Assembly (NCBI GenBank): GCA_010909165.1
Contig: MU008164.1
Location: 930,001 to 994,000 of the forward strand
Reading direction: 5' to 3'
Source: Anthoceros angustus
Taxonomy: Eukaryota > Plantae > Anthocerotophyta
DNA: 64,000 bases
Below the pieces are notes generated by a model, which made no database searches, was not told the origin of the DNA, and saw only the letters and a list, made by a program, of their open reading frames with translations. This document shows, piece after piece, positions 49,380 through 62,400 of this stretch (positions within the stretch are counted from its first letter, which is position 1; each line of letters opens with the position of its first letter). A program made the position numbers and the translations under genes.

Positions 49380-51900
49380 CGTTTTCTACAAACCTGCCTC
49401 CAAATTGTTTTCATACGTCTTCATCAATTGTGCATCCCTATAAGCCTGGATGGCATCAAGACCATGCATGCTGCACCAGTCCTCTTCTCCTTTTGTGAGA
49501 AGAACCCCCCACCTTGTCTTGAAAGCCTTGCGGAGGTCAGTGGCGCCACCCCGGCCATATGGATTGTACCCACCACCATCGTTCTTCTTCATCCGAGCCT
49601 CCGTTGCTGTGGCCTGTTGAGGGCGAGGCCAAACACCATTTTCGCGGACCAACTCTCGAACTCCGAACTGAACGCACTTTGTCCATGCCTCCTCTGTCAC
49701 AGACCCAAGTCTCAAATCTCGATCATGGCTCCCTCCTTTCCGCATTTGCCCTACTGCAACCTTGATCGGGAAAGACCTGCCTGACATCCACCATCTCGGC
49801 CTGACGAATGATCTTGAGTGTGTATGGCTTCAACAATTTCAGACGACTCTGAACCAATTAACCCTTTTGTGGAACCCCGACTTGTCAATCGGGGTGAGCA
49901 CATCGAAAATTGCACACTCATCCGCATGTGCGCCCCTTGACAAAGTGGCTGCCTCATAGCTCAAACAAGTTGCCTCCAATAGCAACTTGTCACTCCCGTG
50001 CACCTTAATTCGACCTTGACGTCGATTAAGAGTTGGCATAATGTTCCATGCTTGCACACAAGGCTCTGGTTCGGGCACTTTTCCTCCGACGGCCTCAAAA
50101 CGCCTCCAAGTGATGGCCTCTAGGTCCTCATCACCGACTTCCTCTCCCACGTCCCCAAAGCCTACCCCCTGGTGTTGTTCCTCTCCGTCAAGGGAACCAT
50201 CCTCACTGTCCTCAAACTCTTGCGCCCAAGTTAGGAGTCCTTCAACCCGCTCTCTCACGTCTGCTGACATCTTGTCCCTCACGTCTTCCAATACACAAGA
50301 CCCCTCCTGCCATAAACAAGATTGGAGGATCATGAGTAGGGTCTGAGCCTGAAATCAGTGCATACAGGTACTAGACGTTTCGGGAATGTATTGGGGTTCC
50401 ACAGCGCCTGCTGTCTTCCGTAACGCCCCTCCGTCGTAGCCACTGTGAATGTTCGTCCTCCAACGATGCCCCATTCGCAAAGGCCCGGTTTGCTTGGTCA
50501 TCTGCCGGTTGCGTTCCAAGCACACCAATTGGGATGACACGCCTGTCGTGACAAATCTGCACACGCTCATCTAGACAGCCGGCAAGCCCATTGCTTCCCC
50601 TCCGACTGTGTCACGACCGACCCATCGTGGTTTTCTACGGCAGCACGCCGTGGTGTGCAGACCGATGTGATAGGCGGGGGTTGACGACCGGGTTCTCAGA
50701 TCCCAGTTCAAACACTGACATCTTGTCTAGCACATGTGCTGACAACGACACGCTCGGTGGCAATGTTTCAGTTCCGCAGCATGGTGACAAGCTTTTTAGA
50801 TGCGCATGTTCTGTCACACCATAGTCGGGCCGCAGGAGAGTAACAGTTGCCTCTAAACTCCGACGTAGCTCTGCAGCCCGTGCACACTTCTCTCGACCGT
50901 CTTGGGTGGAGGCTGACCATGTCACAACACCAGCGCTGAGTAGTCTTGGGTGATTCATCTCACTCCACTTGCGGTCATCTCCCTCCACTTGCGGTCATCT
51001 CCCATCTTCTGTTCCATAGGCAGATGAAAATGTAGACTACACCTACAATGCGGACAATGAACAATGGATGACACGGGCATCGGGGGCAAGACAACAAGCA
51101 TGCTTGCTTTATTAATCACTGCAGTGAAGCATAAGAACTTGGCGTCTGAGCGTGAGGACAACTCAAGTGTAGCTACCTTCTATTCAGGTGTACCTCTAAA
51201 CAGAATAAAGTCTGTGGGCATGCCTTCCTCTTGCATGGTAAAGTCTTGAGAGGGACAGCACATTCCACTTACAACGGTCGGCACGTGCTGTCATCAAAGA
51301 CTGCACTATTTCGACTCAAATGAAGACCGATCCCACCTAGCATGCATAGGAGTGCATACAACCTAGGGGTCACGATTCGGCATGACGTCCCTGTGAGTGA
51401 AAACATGTGTGACATGTGCAGGAAAGGTATAAGGTCCCATCTTGTGATTGCGGGCATACCGGTAGTGCTGCCTTGTATCGATTGGCCAGAACCCGCAAAA
51501 ATCTCTCTCCATACTCGGTGGAACCCTGGTTAGGGAGCATTCGTACAATGCACATTAAGGAAAATGGTAGTGAACTTGCCTTCCTCGCACGATACGTCCA
51601 GGATCTCAATAATTCTTCCAAAGAATTTGGCCTTCTCAATTGAGCCCACCATGTCAAATTTGCCATGTACCCAACTATCCTGAGTCGAAGTTTTGTTTTC
51701 ATCGGCTTCGAACGTACAGAAGTGATAACCGCGCATGTTCAGCCTCTAAATGCCTTATGTTTTTCCCACGGCCCGAAGACCAGTGCACGGATGTCGGAAT
51801 GACTGGGACCCGTAGCCCACTTCCCCCTTCTCACACCATCCTGTAACCATGTCATAAAGTCCATTCAGTTGGTGTCACGCCTGTTGAGGGGAAAATGCAA
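49380..51900 (-). mobile_element. Second CACTA/En-Spm remnant: TnpD C-terminal region (DUF4216-like) followed by TnpA-like fragment
   Basis: FMTWLQD...IRALVFGP...RGYHFCT..D....QDSWV...FFGRIIEIL...GPYTFPAHVTHVF at 51330-51900. KNDGGGYNPYGRGG..LRKAFKTRWG..LTKGEE at 49386-49787 is homologous to the TnpA-like fragment at 37500-37600. Confidence 0.7.
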
Positions 51901-53106
51901 TAAAATGTTGCCACTTCACCTGTCCGCGTGACCCGAGACTCTGTCTATGGTCCAACCGTTTCTCACACTTGAGAGTGCATGGACCACAAGTGAACCCGGT
52001 TCCTCGCGACTGGCCGGGTCCCTCACGACATGTGTAGGTCGTCCAAGTCGGGGTTCATGCATGCTCCAGTCTGACTGAGATCCAACGGCCTCGTTTGGGC
52101 TAGAAATGACATTAGGTGGGCGTTGGTCATCCTTGCGGGTCCAGGCATGTCCGTGCACACACGAGTGAGGCCCAGCCTCAGTGGCACTAGCCGCAATAAG
52201 GAAGGTGGCGGCAAAGAACCCATAAAGTTTGACATGTGACCGGGCGACTCACCGAAATATGACGCTGGGACCGCGCGTCATTTACTCATCCGGTTACCAA
52301 GCATCCCGAACAATGCTCGACGACCATTTGTGTACAAATATGTCGTCGCTGTGACGGGAATTCATTGACGTTATTTCTTGCTCGTCATAAATCCTAATGC
52401 ATTGTAGTAGTGGTTGTTCAAGAGCTACACTCAGCCGTGAGCAGAGCAATGCCAAAGGTGGGAAGCTGTTTGTGCAATACAAGATTGAAGAATACACGAG
52501 GAGTTCTTTGAGCTTCTGGACAAGAGAGCACACATCTACTCTATGGCTTGAAAGACATGATGATTGGAATCCATAACACCTTGCAGAGAGTGGCAAAGGT
52601 AAGAGAAGAAATCTAGGAAGAAAAGCTGAAGACTACTAGGCCTTCTTAGTAGGAAGGAAGGAAGGACTTCATCAATGTTATTTTTACAACAAGACAATCA
52701 TATTTTACAACATCTTGGACTCCTGTAACTCACCAGCGTCTCATTCAGCTCGTCGATCTCCATAAGCGGCTACAACTAGCTTGCTGATCTTGACAAGTGG
52801 TGGCAGCCAAGTGCTTCTCTGACTGGTTAGTTCATACTATGTGCGTTGGAGAAGAAAGTAGCTATGGTATTGAGACAATGTGATTATGAATGTAGCATAC
52901 CACTAAGTAAAGTTAGTATCTTCTACATAAGTATACTTCTATATCTTTTATCTCGATTTTGGAGTCTATCTACTTCTATATATAGACCATCTGACTATAA
53001 ATGTAGCGTTATTATTTACTCTTAATATAAAATTTTAACGTTGTTTGGTTATTCCCTATAGAAAATAATTGTTCTTTCTCTCTACTTCCTTCATAATTCT
53101 TCTATT

Positions 53107-53628
53107 TGAAAAAAAATCGAAGTTTTGGATGCGCTCCTGATATTGAAAGTTAATTCATCCGTATAATTGCATATTTCTAGGAATCCAAATTATTAAGGTC
53201 GCTTTTGCCATAGGTATTTACATAATCAATATAGCTCATAGCTTCCTTGTGCGGGAATCAGCTGAACGTATGGAGGCTGTTGAGAGAGAGACCCAGAGGC
53301 AAGAAGACTTGTCAGAAACTATGGACATCTGTTTGCTTTACGATCTATCAATGGATGTTCTTCAAAATGAAAAAAAATCAAGTTTTGGATGCGCTCACGA
53401 TATTGAAAGTTAATTCATCCGTATAATTGCATATTTCTAGGAATCCAAATTATTAAGGTCGCTTTTGCCATAGGTATTTACATAATCAATATAGCTCATA
53501 GCTTCCTTGTCGGAATCGGTGAGCATGGAAATTTGTTGAGAGAGAGACCCAGAGGCAAGAAGACTTGTCAGAAACTATGGACATCTGTTTGCTTTACGAT
53601 CTATCAATGGATGTTCTTCAAAATGAAA
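53107..53628. repeat. ~261-nt tandem duplication of the RING gene's upstream region and 5' end
   Basis: tgaaaaaaaatc..agttttggatgcgctc occurs at 53107 and 53368; the junction microhomology is tgaaaa. Confidence 0.9.
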
Positions 53629-54086
53629 AGACGTGTGCAATTTGTTTTGATCCTCTCCAGCAAGGTCAAGACATGATTAAAGTCAATGTATGTGCTCATA
53701 TATATCATAAAAGATGTTTAGAACCATGGTTGGATAGCTGTTGCCAACCAACATGTCCACTATGTAGGCGTGAAATATGTTTCACTATAGACAACGCACA
53801 AAGTTTATTGACATCTCAAGAGGAAAGTGATATTTTAGATCCATTTCAAAGAGTTCCATTGCAAAGTAGGTTGATGTCCCAAAATGACAATCAAATGATA
53901 CAAGATATCCTCACGAGAAGAAGAAGGATGGACATAAGAAGTTGTGAAAGGATTCATGAATTGATAGAAGAACATGGAATATATGTTATTCAAAGATACT
54001 GTGACGAAGAGGAGAGAAATTTTTGGTTTATTGAGTTGGAGTGGCACATTTATCAATTTGAAGACAGTCTCACCCATAATAGCTAG
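53577..54086 (+). CDS. RING-H2 finger protein (putative E3 ubiquitin ligase)
   Basis: CAIC-x15-C-A-H-IY-H-KR-C-LEPW...C-PL-C, intronless. The first in-frame ATG is at 53577; an ATG at 53525 is probably the true start, since the duplicate upstream copy reads MEAVERETQRQEDLSETMD in frame. Confidence 0.85.
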   Translation: MDICLLYDLSMDVLQNEKTCAICFDPLQQGQDMIKVNVCAHIYHKRCLEPWLDSCCQPTCPLCRREICFTIDNAQSLLTSQEESDILDPFQRVPLQSRLMSQNDNQMIQDILTRRRRMDIRSCERIHELIEEHGIYVIQRYCDEEERNFWFIELEWHIYQFEDSLTHNS

Positions 54087-55879
54087 TTTTGGTTGGGGAA
54101 TCCAACCACAAGTTCGCCGGGGTTCTTGATACTAAGGACCCTTATGGACTACCAGTTCCACGAATTGACATTCGTTCAGTTCAATAGTTCATTTGGACAA
54201 ATTGTGTGCCACCTATACAGTTCAGTTTAGTTCTAGGTTGGACGGGATAGTTTAGGAATTCAACTAAACTGATAAATGAACTGTGACTAGTGAACTATGA
54301 TCCCACGGATAGGAGCATTAAAATGAACTCTGCAAATTTTCCTAGGGTCATTGGAGAAAAAAAATCAAATATTATTTTATTATAATAAAGATATTTGAAT
54401 ATAACTCTGCTAAAGGGTATTCAGACTTTTCTCAATCATTCTGCTCATGTTCATTGGCCAAGGATGATGGCACATAATTCATCGTCAATTCTCGTGAGAG
54501 CGCTTATAAAGTGCCACATTTATCAATTCAAAAAAAATCTCACTCATAATCAAATAACAAGTTTGTTGGGGTCCTTGATAGTTTCGCCACTACAAACTGG
54601 GCTAGTAGGTGGGATATAGTTCAGGTGTAGTTTGGTCAGCAATTGGCAAAGTGGCAAACCAAATTGAACGACCCCTGGCACAAACACAGTCACACGTGGC
54701 TCGTGGTTGGCTAAGGTGGCATGCATAGTTCAGTTCATAGTGTGAACAAAAAGCGCAGTCCGAATAAGTAAACTGCATTTAAGAGACGCAAGAATTTATC
54801 ACGAGCTAGTGCATTATTAGTTGAAGTTTTGTGTAAGACTTGTCACCCTATCCAAACATGTCGCCCTCCTCAATCTTCACTTTATCCAAACATACTGATC
54901 TTCTCCAATAGTCCCGAGTCTATCCAAAGTTGTCGATCTTTTTATGATTCATAATGATGAGCATGCATACACTTAGTTTTTAATAATTCAATTATCTAAA
55001 CACGTTCATAAGTATTTAACCACCGTCTTGGACCACCCTTTGGCTAGGAGAATCAACGTCCCTAGAAGTACTGGCGCTTGAATGGCTTTGTCCAACGTAC
55101 TACAGATTCTATAGGTATAACGATTGATAAAAATAGGGAGCTATGCTTCAGGGCAAGAAGCAGCTCTCCGTCTGACTTACTGGAGAATACTCTAAAGAGA
55201 GGAGGAAGAGGAATCCCTACAGAGATGAGGTTGATGCGCTTAAGGCTCTCGCTCTCTTGAAGGATAAGGATAGGAGCATCATGAGCTTGGGTGAGCTCGA
55301 TAAACCCGGAATCAGCAACCCAAGCATCAAAGAAGACAAGATTCATTTTGACAAGTCCAAGGTTAAAAGATTTTCGAGTATAAGCTAGAAAATTATAAAA
55401 GTTGTGCATGAAAAATGGCTCAGCACACAACTCTAGTGTTATAACTTGCAAAAAAATGGATTTTTACACTAGAAGCTTTCTCTACAGCATCCTTGCACTA
55501 TTTCTCAACTAATCTATACTATCCTTAAATAACTACAACTCCTTTGTAACTTCCGCAACTTAAGCTATTTATCACAACTTGCTTCATTAGAGTTCTTTTG
55601 ACACATGATTCTTTTGGTTATATAGCCTATCTTGCTTTTTACTATTCGCAAACCCCTCTCAATTTTGTCGTACAAGGTTAGTTTTAACAGCGAACATTAC
55701 CAGTGAGTGATCTCTTCAGGATGACAACATCGATATAGTGGTGAAAACGGTTTAGATGTATTTAAATGCATGGAGAAGGAAACTCTTTGCAAAAAAAGTT
55801 GTGCCTACCGGAATATAGATTTAAGAATACCATATAAAAGATATAAGGGTGTGAAGATTAGACATTATTAATAGGCGAG

Positions 55880-56340
55880 ATGGGGAAACCCATCTACCCC
55901 TGAAGACCGAGGAGGAACAACCCAAAAAGGGCTAATAGTAAAAGGGGAAGTCCTAGTCCCCTCAAATGCCTTTCCCGTAACTACCTACTGCACCAAGGAT
56001 ATCGTGATCAGGGATGATGAAGGGCCTACCTATCACCGGTGCCGAAGAAGCCGCTAGTCCTGCGCACATAGCCGTCTTATAAACAACGTTAGCTTTCTGA
56101 GCTATGGAAACCGGAAAGCTCACCACGGAGGAAGGGAGGCCCTCAATTCTTATGGCTGTGATAGGCTTTTGCACACTCCTTAATTAGCCTAGAGAAGTCC
56201 TTGCCCATAGCCCCATGAGTCTCGAGGGCGAAGGGGATGAAAACATGGCCGTCTTGCATAGGAGAGTACTTAACACCATAATGTTCTTTCCGTCGTAATA
56301 AACAGGAAGCGGCGTTTTCCCACTTTATACAAATAACCGG
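55880..56340 (-). mobile_element. Second, diverged CRE-like fragment (endonuclease C-terminus)
   Basis: KY...GHVFIPFALETHGAMGKDFSRLIKECA and SIAQKANVVYK...IGRPFIIPDHDILGAV align with the translation of 12764-13150. Confidence 0.75.
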
Positions 56341-59149
56341 CGGCAACATGGGCACTCAAACCCTTCTTGGACTATTTGTTTGAAAGTAAGAGGGAAAAAA
56401 GGGTGGCACATGTTCTTAAACATGAGTTCATGACATGGGGTGGCCAAACAAAGGGATTTGTTGAAGATCGAATGCAATTTTGCACGCAAAACATGCCCAT
56501 ATTTAAGTCCATGTAGGCGGGGGCAGAGGGCTGCTATGCTTTGTAATATGCAACTTTTACACGCATGGTGAGTGGTTTGGGAAATATATGGATATGCATG
56601 AAGTGTTGAGCATGACGGCTTAAATTTGTAACGTGGATGAGGTGTACGGCCTTGGTTGTATTCTCGCACACGCCAATGCAACATCAAGGCGGGCGGTTGT
56701 TTTTCCAATTTTATTGTGGCTGGTCGTATACAAGGCACACGAGTGGCCGCATGCCGCCGCCCACCCACCCCGCACCGGTACATAGATGAACTTCTATCCA
56801 TTCCCATCTCGCCGTTAGCGCGATAGCAAGAAGCAACAAGCGCATTTCTTGCCGAGTTCATGGGCATATTAATTAACCTCGAGGCATTGGGACAAGAGAC
56901 AAAGAGCGTATGGGTGACACTTTCGTTTACGTGTCCGTTTGCACGGTTTGAATTGATAACATCGTATTAATGAGCGGCAAGAATAAAGTAGGTATTCGAC
57001 CTAATAGGGTGAGTCCCATAGAGAACTATATAATTGTGAACATCTACTACTCAACATGCTCGCCTATTTTGCAAGGGCATGTTCTCGATGTGGCTTTCAA
57101 ACATCCGCGACAATTTCACTCGCCACTCAATTCCTTCATCCAATATAGGACCTCATTTCCCCGGTCGCTATCGCCCCTCTCCCGTTGCGTGGAAAGGCGG
57201 TCGATTTAGTTTTCGCGAATGGCCTTTTATCCAAGCATACAAGTGTTTCCTTCCATTCAAGTTGAATCCATAATAGAGGATTATAGTCTTGTCAACAAAC
57301 AACCGTTGGATGTTCTTTGGTAATCCTCTTTTTCCCACCGCTTCAGTCCTGCTCGTCGCCCGGACCCCGAACAAAAATTCTTCAACATATTTCCTTCAAA
57401 CGCATCAAGCAGTTTCCGGCTTCGCATCAAAGGACCATAAGCGAAGGCTTCTCACAATTAAAGTCCACGCTGTCCACCTTCCCAATCCAAAAGCCTTATA
57501 TGCCTCCGCACATGGAGTAGCGATGAACATTCCTTTCCGTATCTCCTTGATATCCCCATTCATTTTTCAATTTGTTCTTTGTTGGCGACCAATATTACGA
57601 TATGCCCCAAATACATATCGCGTTGGGGTACCTCTCGAGTAATGCTTAGAGAGGACAACCTCTTGAGGACTTGGAGCGGAGGCAAGTTCGCCTCACGCCT
57701 CCGCTCTATTGTACCATCTCCATCATTTGTTAGCACAAGAGCTATGTTGTTCTCCACAATAAGGGCGATTCCCTCTTGATCAATCCAAAACAACCTCCAC
57801 CACACTCTCTCATTACTTGTATGTCCTCAAGTTCAATAACCCATTCTTCAAGTGCTTCACACCTTCTGATGGCGACAGACCACCATCCTGCCCCTTTTTG
57901 TCTTTCGCTTTCAAAGCCATAAGCGGAGCTGGAAACACGATAATTTTTGAAGGGGGTTAATAATCTCGAAGGGGGTTTTCCCCAAATAATCTCTGAAGGG
58001 GGTTTTTGATGGGCCCTAAAACAGCAGTTTGAAGGCATTGCGGAAAAAGCTCGAAAAAAGGTGTCACCGGTAAAGTTACTACTTTCCATCCGGCAATGTT
58101 TGTGTCGAATGGTGGTATGGCTCGAACCTAGGGAATGATGCAAAGTAGGAGCGGTGAGGAAGGCCGTTCTGCCGGGCGAGGGGCATAAACTTCGATTTTG
58201 GGATGGAAATGTGGTTTTGTTATGACACCACAAAAGCCACGCAGACGGTATTTCCTAACACGAAACATCGACGGACTTACAACATTAACTCTGGACCCGG
58301 GAAAAAGCAGATTTCGTTTCACTCATCCCGAGTTCAATCCATCGTCATCACTTGGTCCGACTTCTCCTGCATTGTCATCACTATCTTGACACTTTTCGCG
58401 AGTTGTATGAACGCAACTCATGAGCTTATCCCTTATCGCTTTTTGTCCACCGTGATACATGTTTCCGCATGCTCAACACAAACCCATGTCTGGGATGGTA
58501 TTTCATTCACAAATACCTCATATGTTTTTAGGTAATGGACCTTATTCCCTTTTTCCTCGGCATTGGACGGATGGGTTACCACTCTGGCGGACTATGTTCT
58601 GCACATATCTCCCTTCATACGCATCTGTGCTCGGTCCGATACCGGTGGATAAGAAAGTGAGGTCGTGGTGCGTTTAGCTTCACGTCAATGACCTCCCAAT
58701 CCGAATGGCCTAGTATGCGTGTCCGTATTGCAGCCGCATCCCTCTCGGTTCCGTTATGTCCCCATTCATCGTGCCATTTCCCAGTTGCCTTCCGCATTTT
58801 GATATGCCCCAAGTACATATCACGGCGTGGGAGGTCCCTCAATAATGCCTCATCTAGCAAAGCTTCATCCGGCACTTGAAGTGGTCATTATGATCCACTT
58901 CTGCGTGAAAACCACTTCCAAGAATGACTAGCACTAGCCCAATGTTATTCTCCACAATGATAGCAATCTCCTTCCGGTCCACCCAAAAGGCTTCCCACCA
59001 CTTGTACTCTTCAATCCTTATGGACGCAAATCTTTTAACCCTTCACGCAAATGGGCCACACCTTCCATCGGTGATAGGATACTGCCGTTCCTTCTTGTCC
59101 CCCCTAGCTTCACCCGCATGCACCGTAGGATGGTGCTAAAGGCGCCGCC

Positions 59150-59570
59150 GGCGCCTCCCCACTGCTCATGGGCGCGGCCGGCGCGCCTCCCCTAACACAC
59201 CACCGCCCATGGCGCGGCCGGCGCCTCCCCTAACACCACCCATGGCGCGGCCGCCGGCGCCTCCTAACACACCACGCCCATGGCGCGGCCGGCCGGCGCC
59301 TCCCCTAACACACCACCTGCCCATGGGCGCGGCCGGCCGGCCCTCCTAACACACCATGGGCGCCGGCCGGCGCCTCCCCTAGCACACCGCCATGGGCGGC
59401 CGGCGCCTCCCCCACACCTGCCCATGGGCCGGCCGGCGCTCTCCCCTAGCACACCCGGGCCGTGGCGCGGCCGCCCATGGGCGCCCGGCGCCTCCCCCTG
59501 CCCATGGGCGCCGGCCGGCGCCTCCCCTAACACCACCCCACCCATGGGCGCCGGCCGGCCCCCATCTCCT
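59150..59570. repeat. GC-rich ~38-nt minisatellite, about 10 units
   Basis: Unit approximately ggcgcggccggcgcctcccctaacacaccaccgcccat. Confidence 0.9.
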
Positions 59571-60177
59571 CATAGGCTGTCTTCAAGAAAATATATATTT
59601 AGCGCCTCAAGAGTTGCAACTTGGGATTGTTGGTCAAGTGTTTGGGAAATAAGTGTAGTAATGAATAGGTTGCGTGTTCAAAACCCGTATCTTCCTAACA
59701 ACTCAATTTTGTTGATTTTAAGGATGCTTGCATGGGCGCATGGGCAACTAACTTTGTTCATTTTAAGGACGCTAGCATTGCCTTAAAGCCCAAGTGGTTG
59801 CATTGAGTGCGGAAGGTTGAAGACCATTGGCGACCTTTTGGATGAGGTCGTGATGCTAGATCTTTGTGGCGATCGACACCGTCTGGCCCAAGAATGGTAC
59901 TATTGAAGGCGAGCAAGCAATGGAGAGAGCGACAACTTGAGGCGGAGGATATGGACCGCCTCGAATATGGCGGTGGTACTTGACTCGATTTGGCGCAAGG
60001 CATGGATGAGTCGTCGGGCCGCACTCTTGAATGACTATTGTCGATCTTGATGACCACTTCTTCCTTTAGCGATTGTTTGTTGCAATGTTCTCACGACCAT
60101 TGAAATAAGACTCGCTAGTACAAGATTGTTTTCATTGTGTTCCACCACTTGAAAGTAAAAGTTTTCGGTTGTAATAA

Positions 60178-61059
60178 ACATATGAAAATGGCGACCCTCT
60201 ATGCATTCTACAAAAGCAGCGGGCCCACACCCTATTGTGCTCCGGTTCTCGGGTGTAGACTTGAAAGTCGTCTTTTATCAGATATGACCTCGTAAAGGGT
60301 GTGTGCATTATCAAAGTAGGGCACATATGTCGCTCTAGGAAAGGTGTTCTTCGTGACAAGGGGTGTCGTCAGAGAAGGGGTCGATATCCCCCTTCAAAAA
60401 TTATCGTGTTTGGACCAAGCGCAATGGTGGGAGCGAAGTTCAAAATTCTAAACCATCTTGATTCCCAGGTGAAGTGGAATACGCATCGCGAAGCGTGGCC
60501 ACGGTCTTGCCGTTCTTCCGTGATTTTGAGCGATCTTTTGGAAGGAAAGGTTGTTCACCGTTTACCGCCTTGTATGCATATCCTCTTGCTCCTTTCCGAT
60601 CGCCATACATATGAAAATGGCGACCCTCTATGCATTCTACAAAAGCAGCAGCCCACACCCTATTGTGCTCCGGTTCTCGGGTGTAGACTTGAAAAGTCGT
60701 CTTTTATCATGACCTCGGAAAGGGTGTGTGCATTATCAAAGTAGGGCACATATCTTTGTTCTAGGAAAGGTGTTCTTCGTGACAAGGGGTCTTGTCTCGG
60801 CGAGAAGGGGTCGATATCCCCCTTCAAAAATTATCGTGTTTGGACCAAGCGCAATGGTGGGAACGAAGTTCAAAATTCTAAACCATCTTGATTCCCAGGG
60901 TGAAGTGGAATCGCTTTGCGAACAACGATGCGTGGCCCGGTCTTGCCGTTCTTCCGTGTGATTTTGAGCGATCTTTTGGAAGGAAAGGTTGTTAATTTGT
61001 TCACTTGCCGCCTTGTATGCATATCCTCTTGCTCCTTTCACGATCGGCCATACATATGA
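60178..61059. repeat. ~430-450 nt tandem duplication inside the transposase
   Basis: acatatgaaaatggcgaccctct occurs at 60178 and 60607; the junction microhomology is acatatga. Confidence 0.9.
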
Positions 61060-61859
61060 GCGAAAGTCCGCTACTTAGTTATAATCTTCACTTAGGTTTT
61101 GGAGTGAATGTCACTGCAATGTCCGCCATGTATCTATTGTAAAAGCCTCTTTGTGTCTCGAAGCTTGAGAAACAAGAAAACATTTGATCTCTCGATCATG
61201 TGTGTGACCAACCAGAAGGAAACCAACCTTCACTTTAACAAACACTTGAAGGTCAACGAGCATATTGAGGTATGCGAATAACAGCTGATTTTTGTTCTCC
61301 GGCATGTATTGTCAAGCTGGAGATAAAGCACTTTAGGAAGCACCCCTTCATATGAAAATATGACATCTTGAATTATGTTGATAGTAAGATTCGCGTCATT
61401 CCGCAAATTGGCATAATGCAAATACGCTCTCGCCTTGAAAGTGTAATTATGCACCATACAGCCCACTACATGAACATTAATAAGTGAACTGTCCGATAAA
61501 TCTTTTGGGTATCGAATAAAATGGGGCTCGGTCTTCTTTTGGTCCATACCGCCGATAGCCGTAAGCATGTACTTGTGAGGTTGAGCATAACTTTTAGAGC
61601 GATGCTTTGCGCTTTGTCCCTCTGCTCAGACGTAGTCGATGAGACGCCTGTTCTTCATATACCGCACAACCGGAAAAATATGCACATGTCAAAACAAGGA
61701 GTATTGCACAACGACCTCCACCACATTTGACCACAAAACTCCTACATGAGTACGGGCACACCAGCAGCATACAGGCCACATGCCCACCGCATGCAAGGAC
61801 TAAGGCGAAGGCACCGGATGTATGGCGACCATGTATTGCGCATCATGCACTATACCCAT

Positions 61860-62400
61860 GGGGAACAATATATGCCCATAGGCGCCGGCATATATATTGC
61901 CGGCATAGGTCGGGTCATGCCGGTGCCTGCATAAACCGATGTATGGGCATAGGCGCCGGCATGCCGGCGCCTGCATAACCATTGCTACGGACATAGGTCG
62001 GGTCATGACAGTGCCTGCAAAAACCGTGGTATGAACATAGGCGCCGGTATGCCGTCGCGTATGTAATAGGAGCAAAGTACGCACAAAGGCGCCCTCATGC
62101 CGGCGCCTCCGCACCCAGAGCTATGTACATAGGCACCGGCATGCCGGCGCCTCCGCACCCAGAGCTATGTACATAGGCGCCGGCATGCCGGCGCCTATGT
62201 AACCATATCTATGGGCATAGGCGCCGGCATGCGGCGCCTCCGCCCGAGCTATGTACATGGCGCGGCATGCCGGCGCCTATGTAACCAGAGGTCAGAGCCG
62301 TCATGCCGGCGCCTATGTAACCATATCTATGGGCATAGGCGCCGGCATGCGCGGCCAGAATCGAGCTATGGTTACATAGGCACCGGCATGCCGGCGCCTT
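61860..62400. repeat. Array of palindromic GC-rich units (ataggcgccggcatgccggcgcctat) in the apparent transposase intron
   Basis: Perfect 32-nt palindrome at 62170-62201 and roughly ten degenerate copies nearby. Confidence 0.9.

Noticed and set aside
55062-55451. 129-aa minus-strand ORF
   Set aside because: It starts at a non-ATG codon and shows no recognisable family; left unannotated.
59264-59786. Pro/Ala/Arg-rich ORFs
   Set aside because: They are translations of the 38-nt GC minisatellite.
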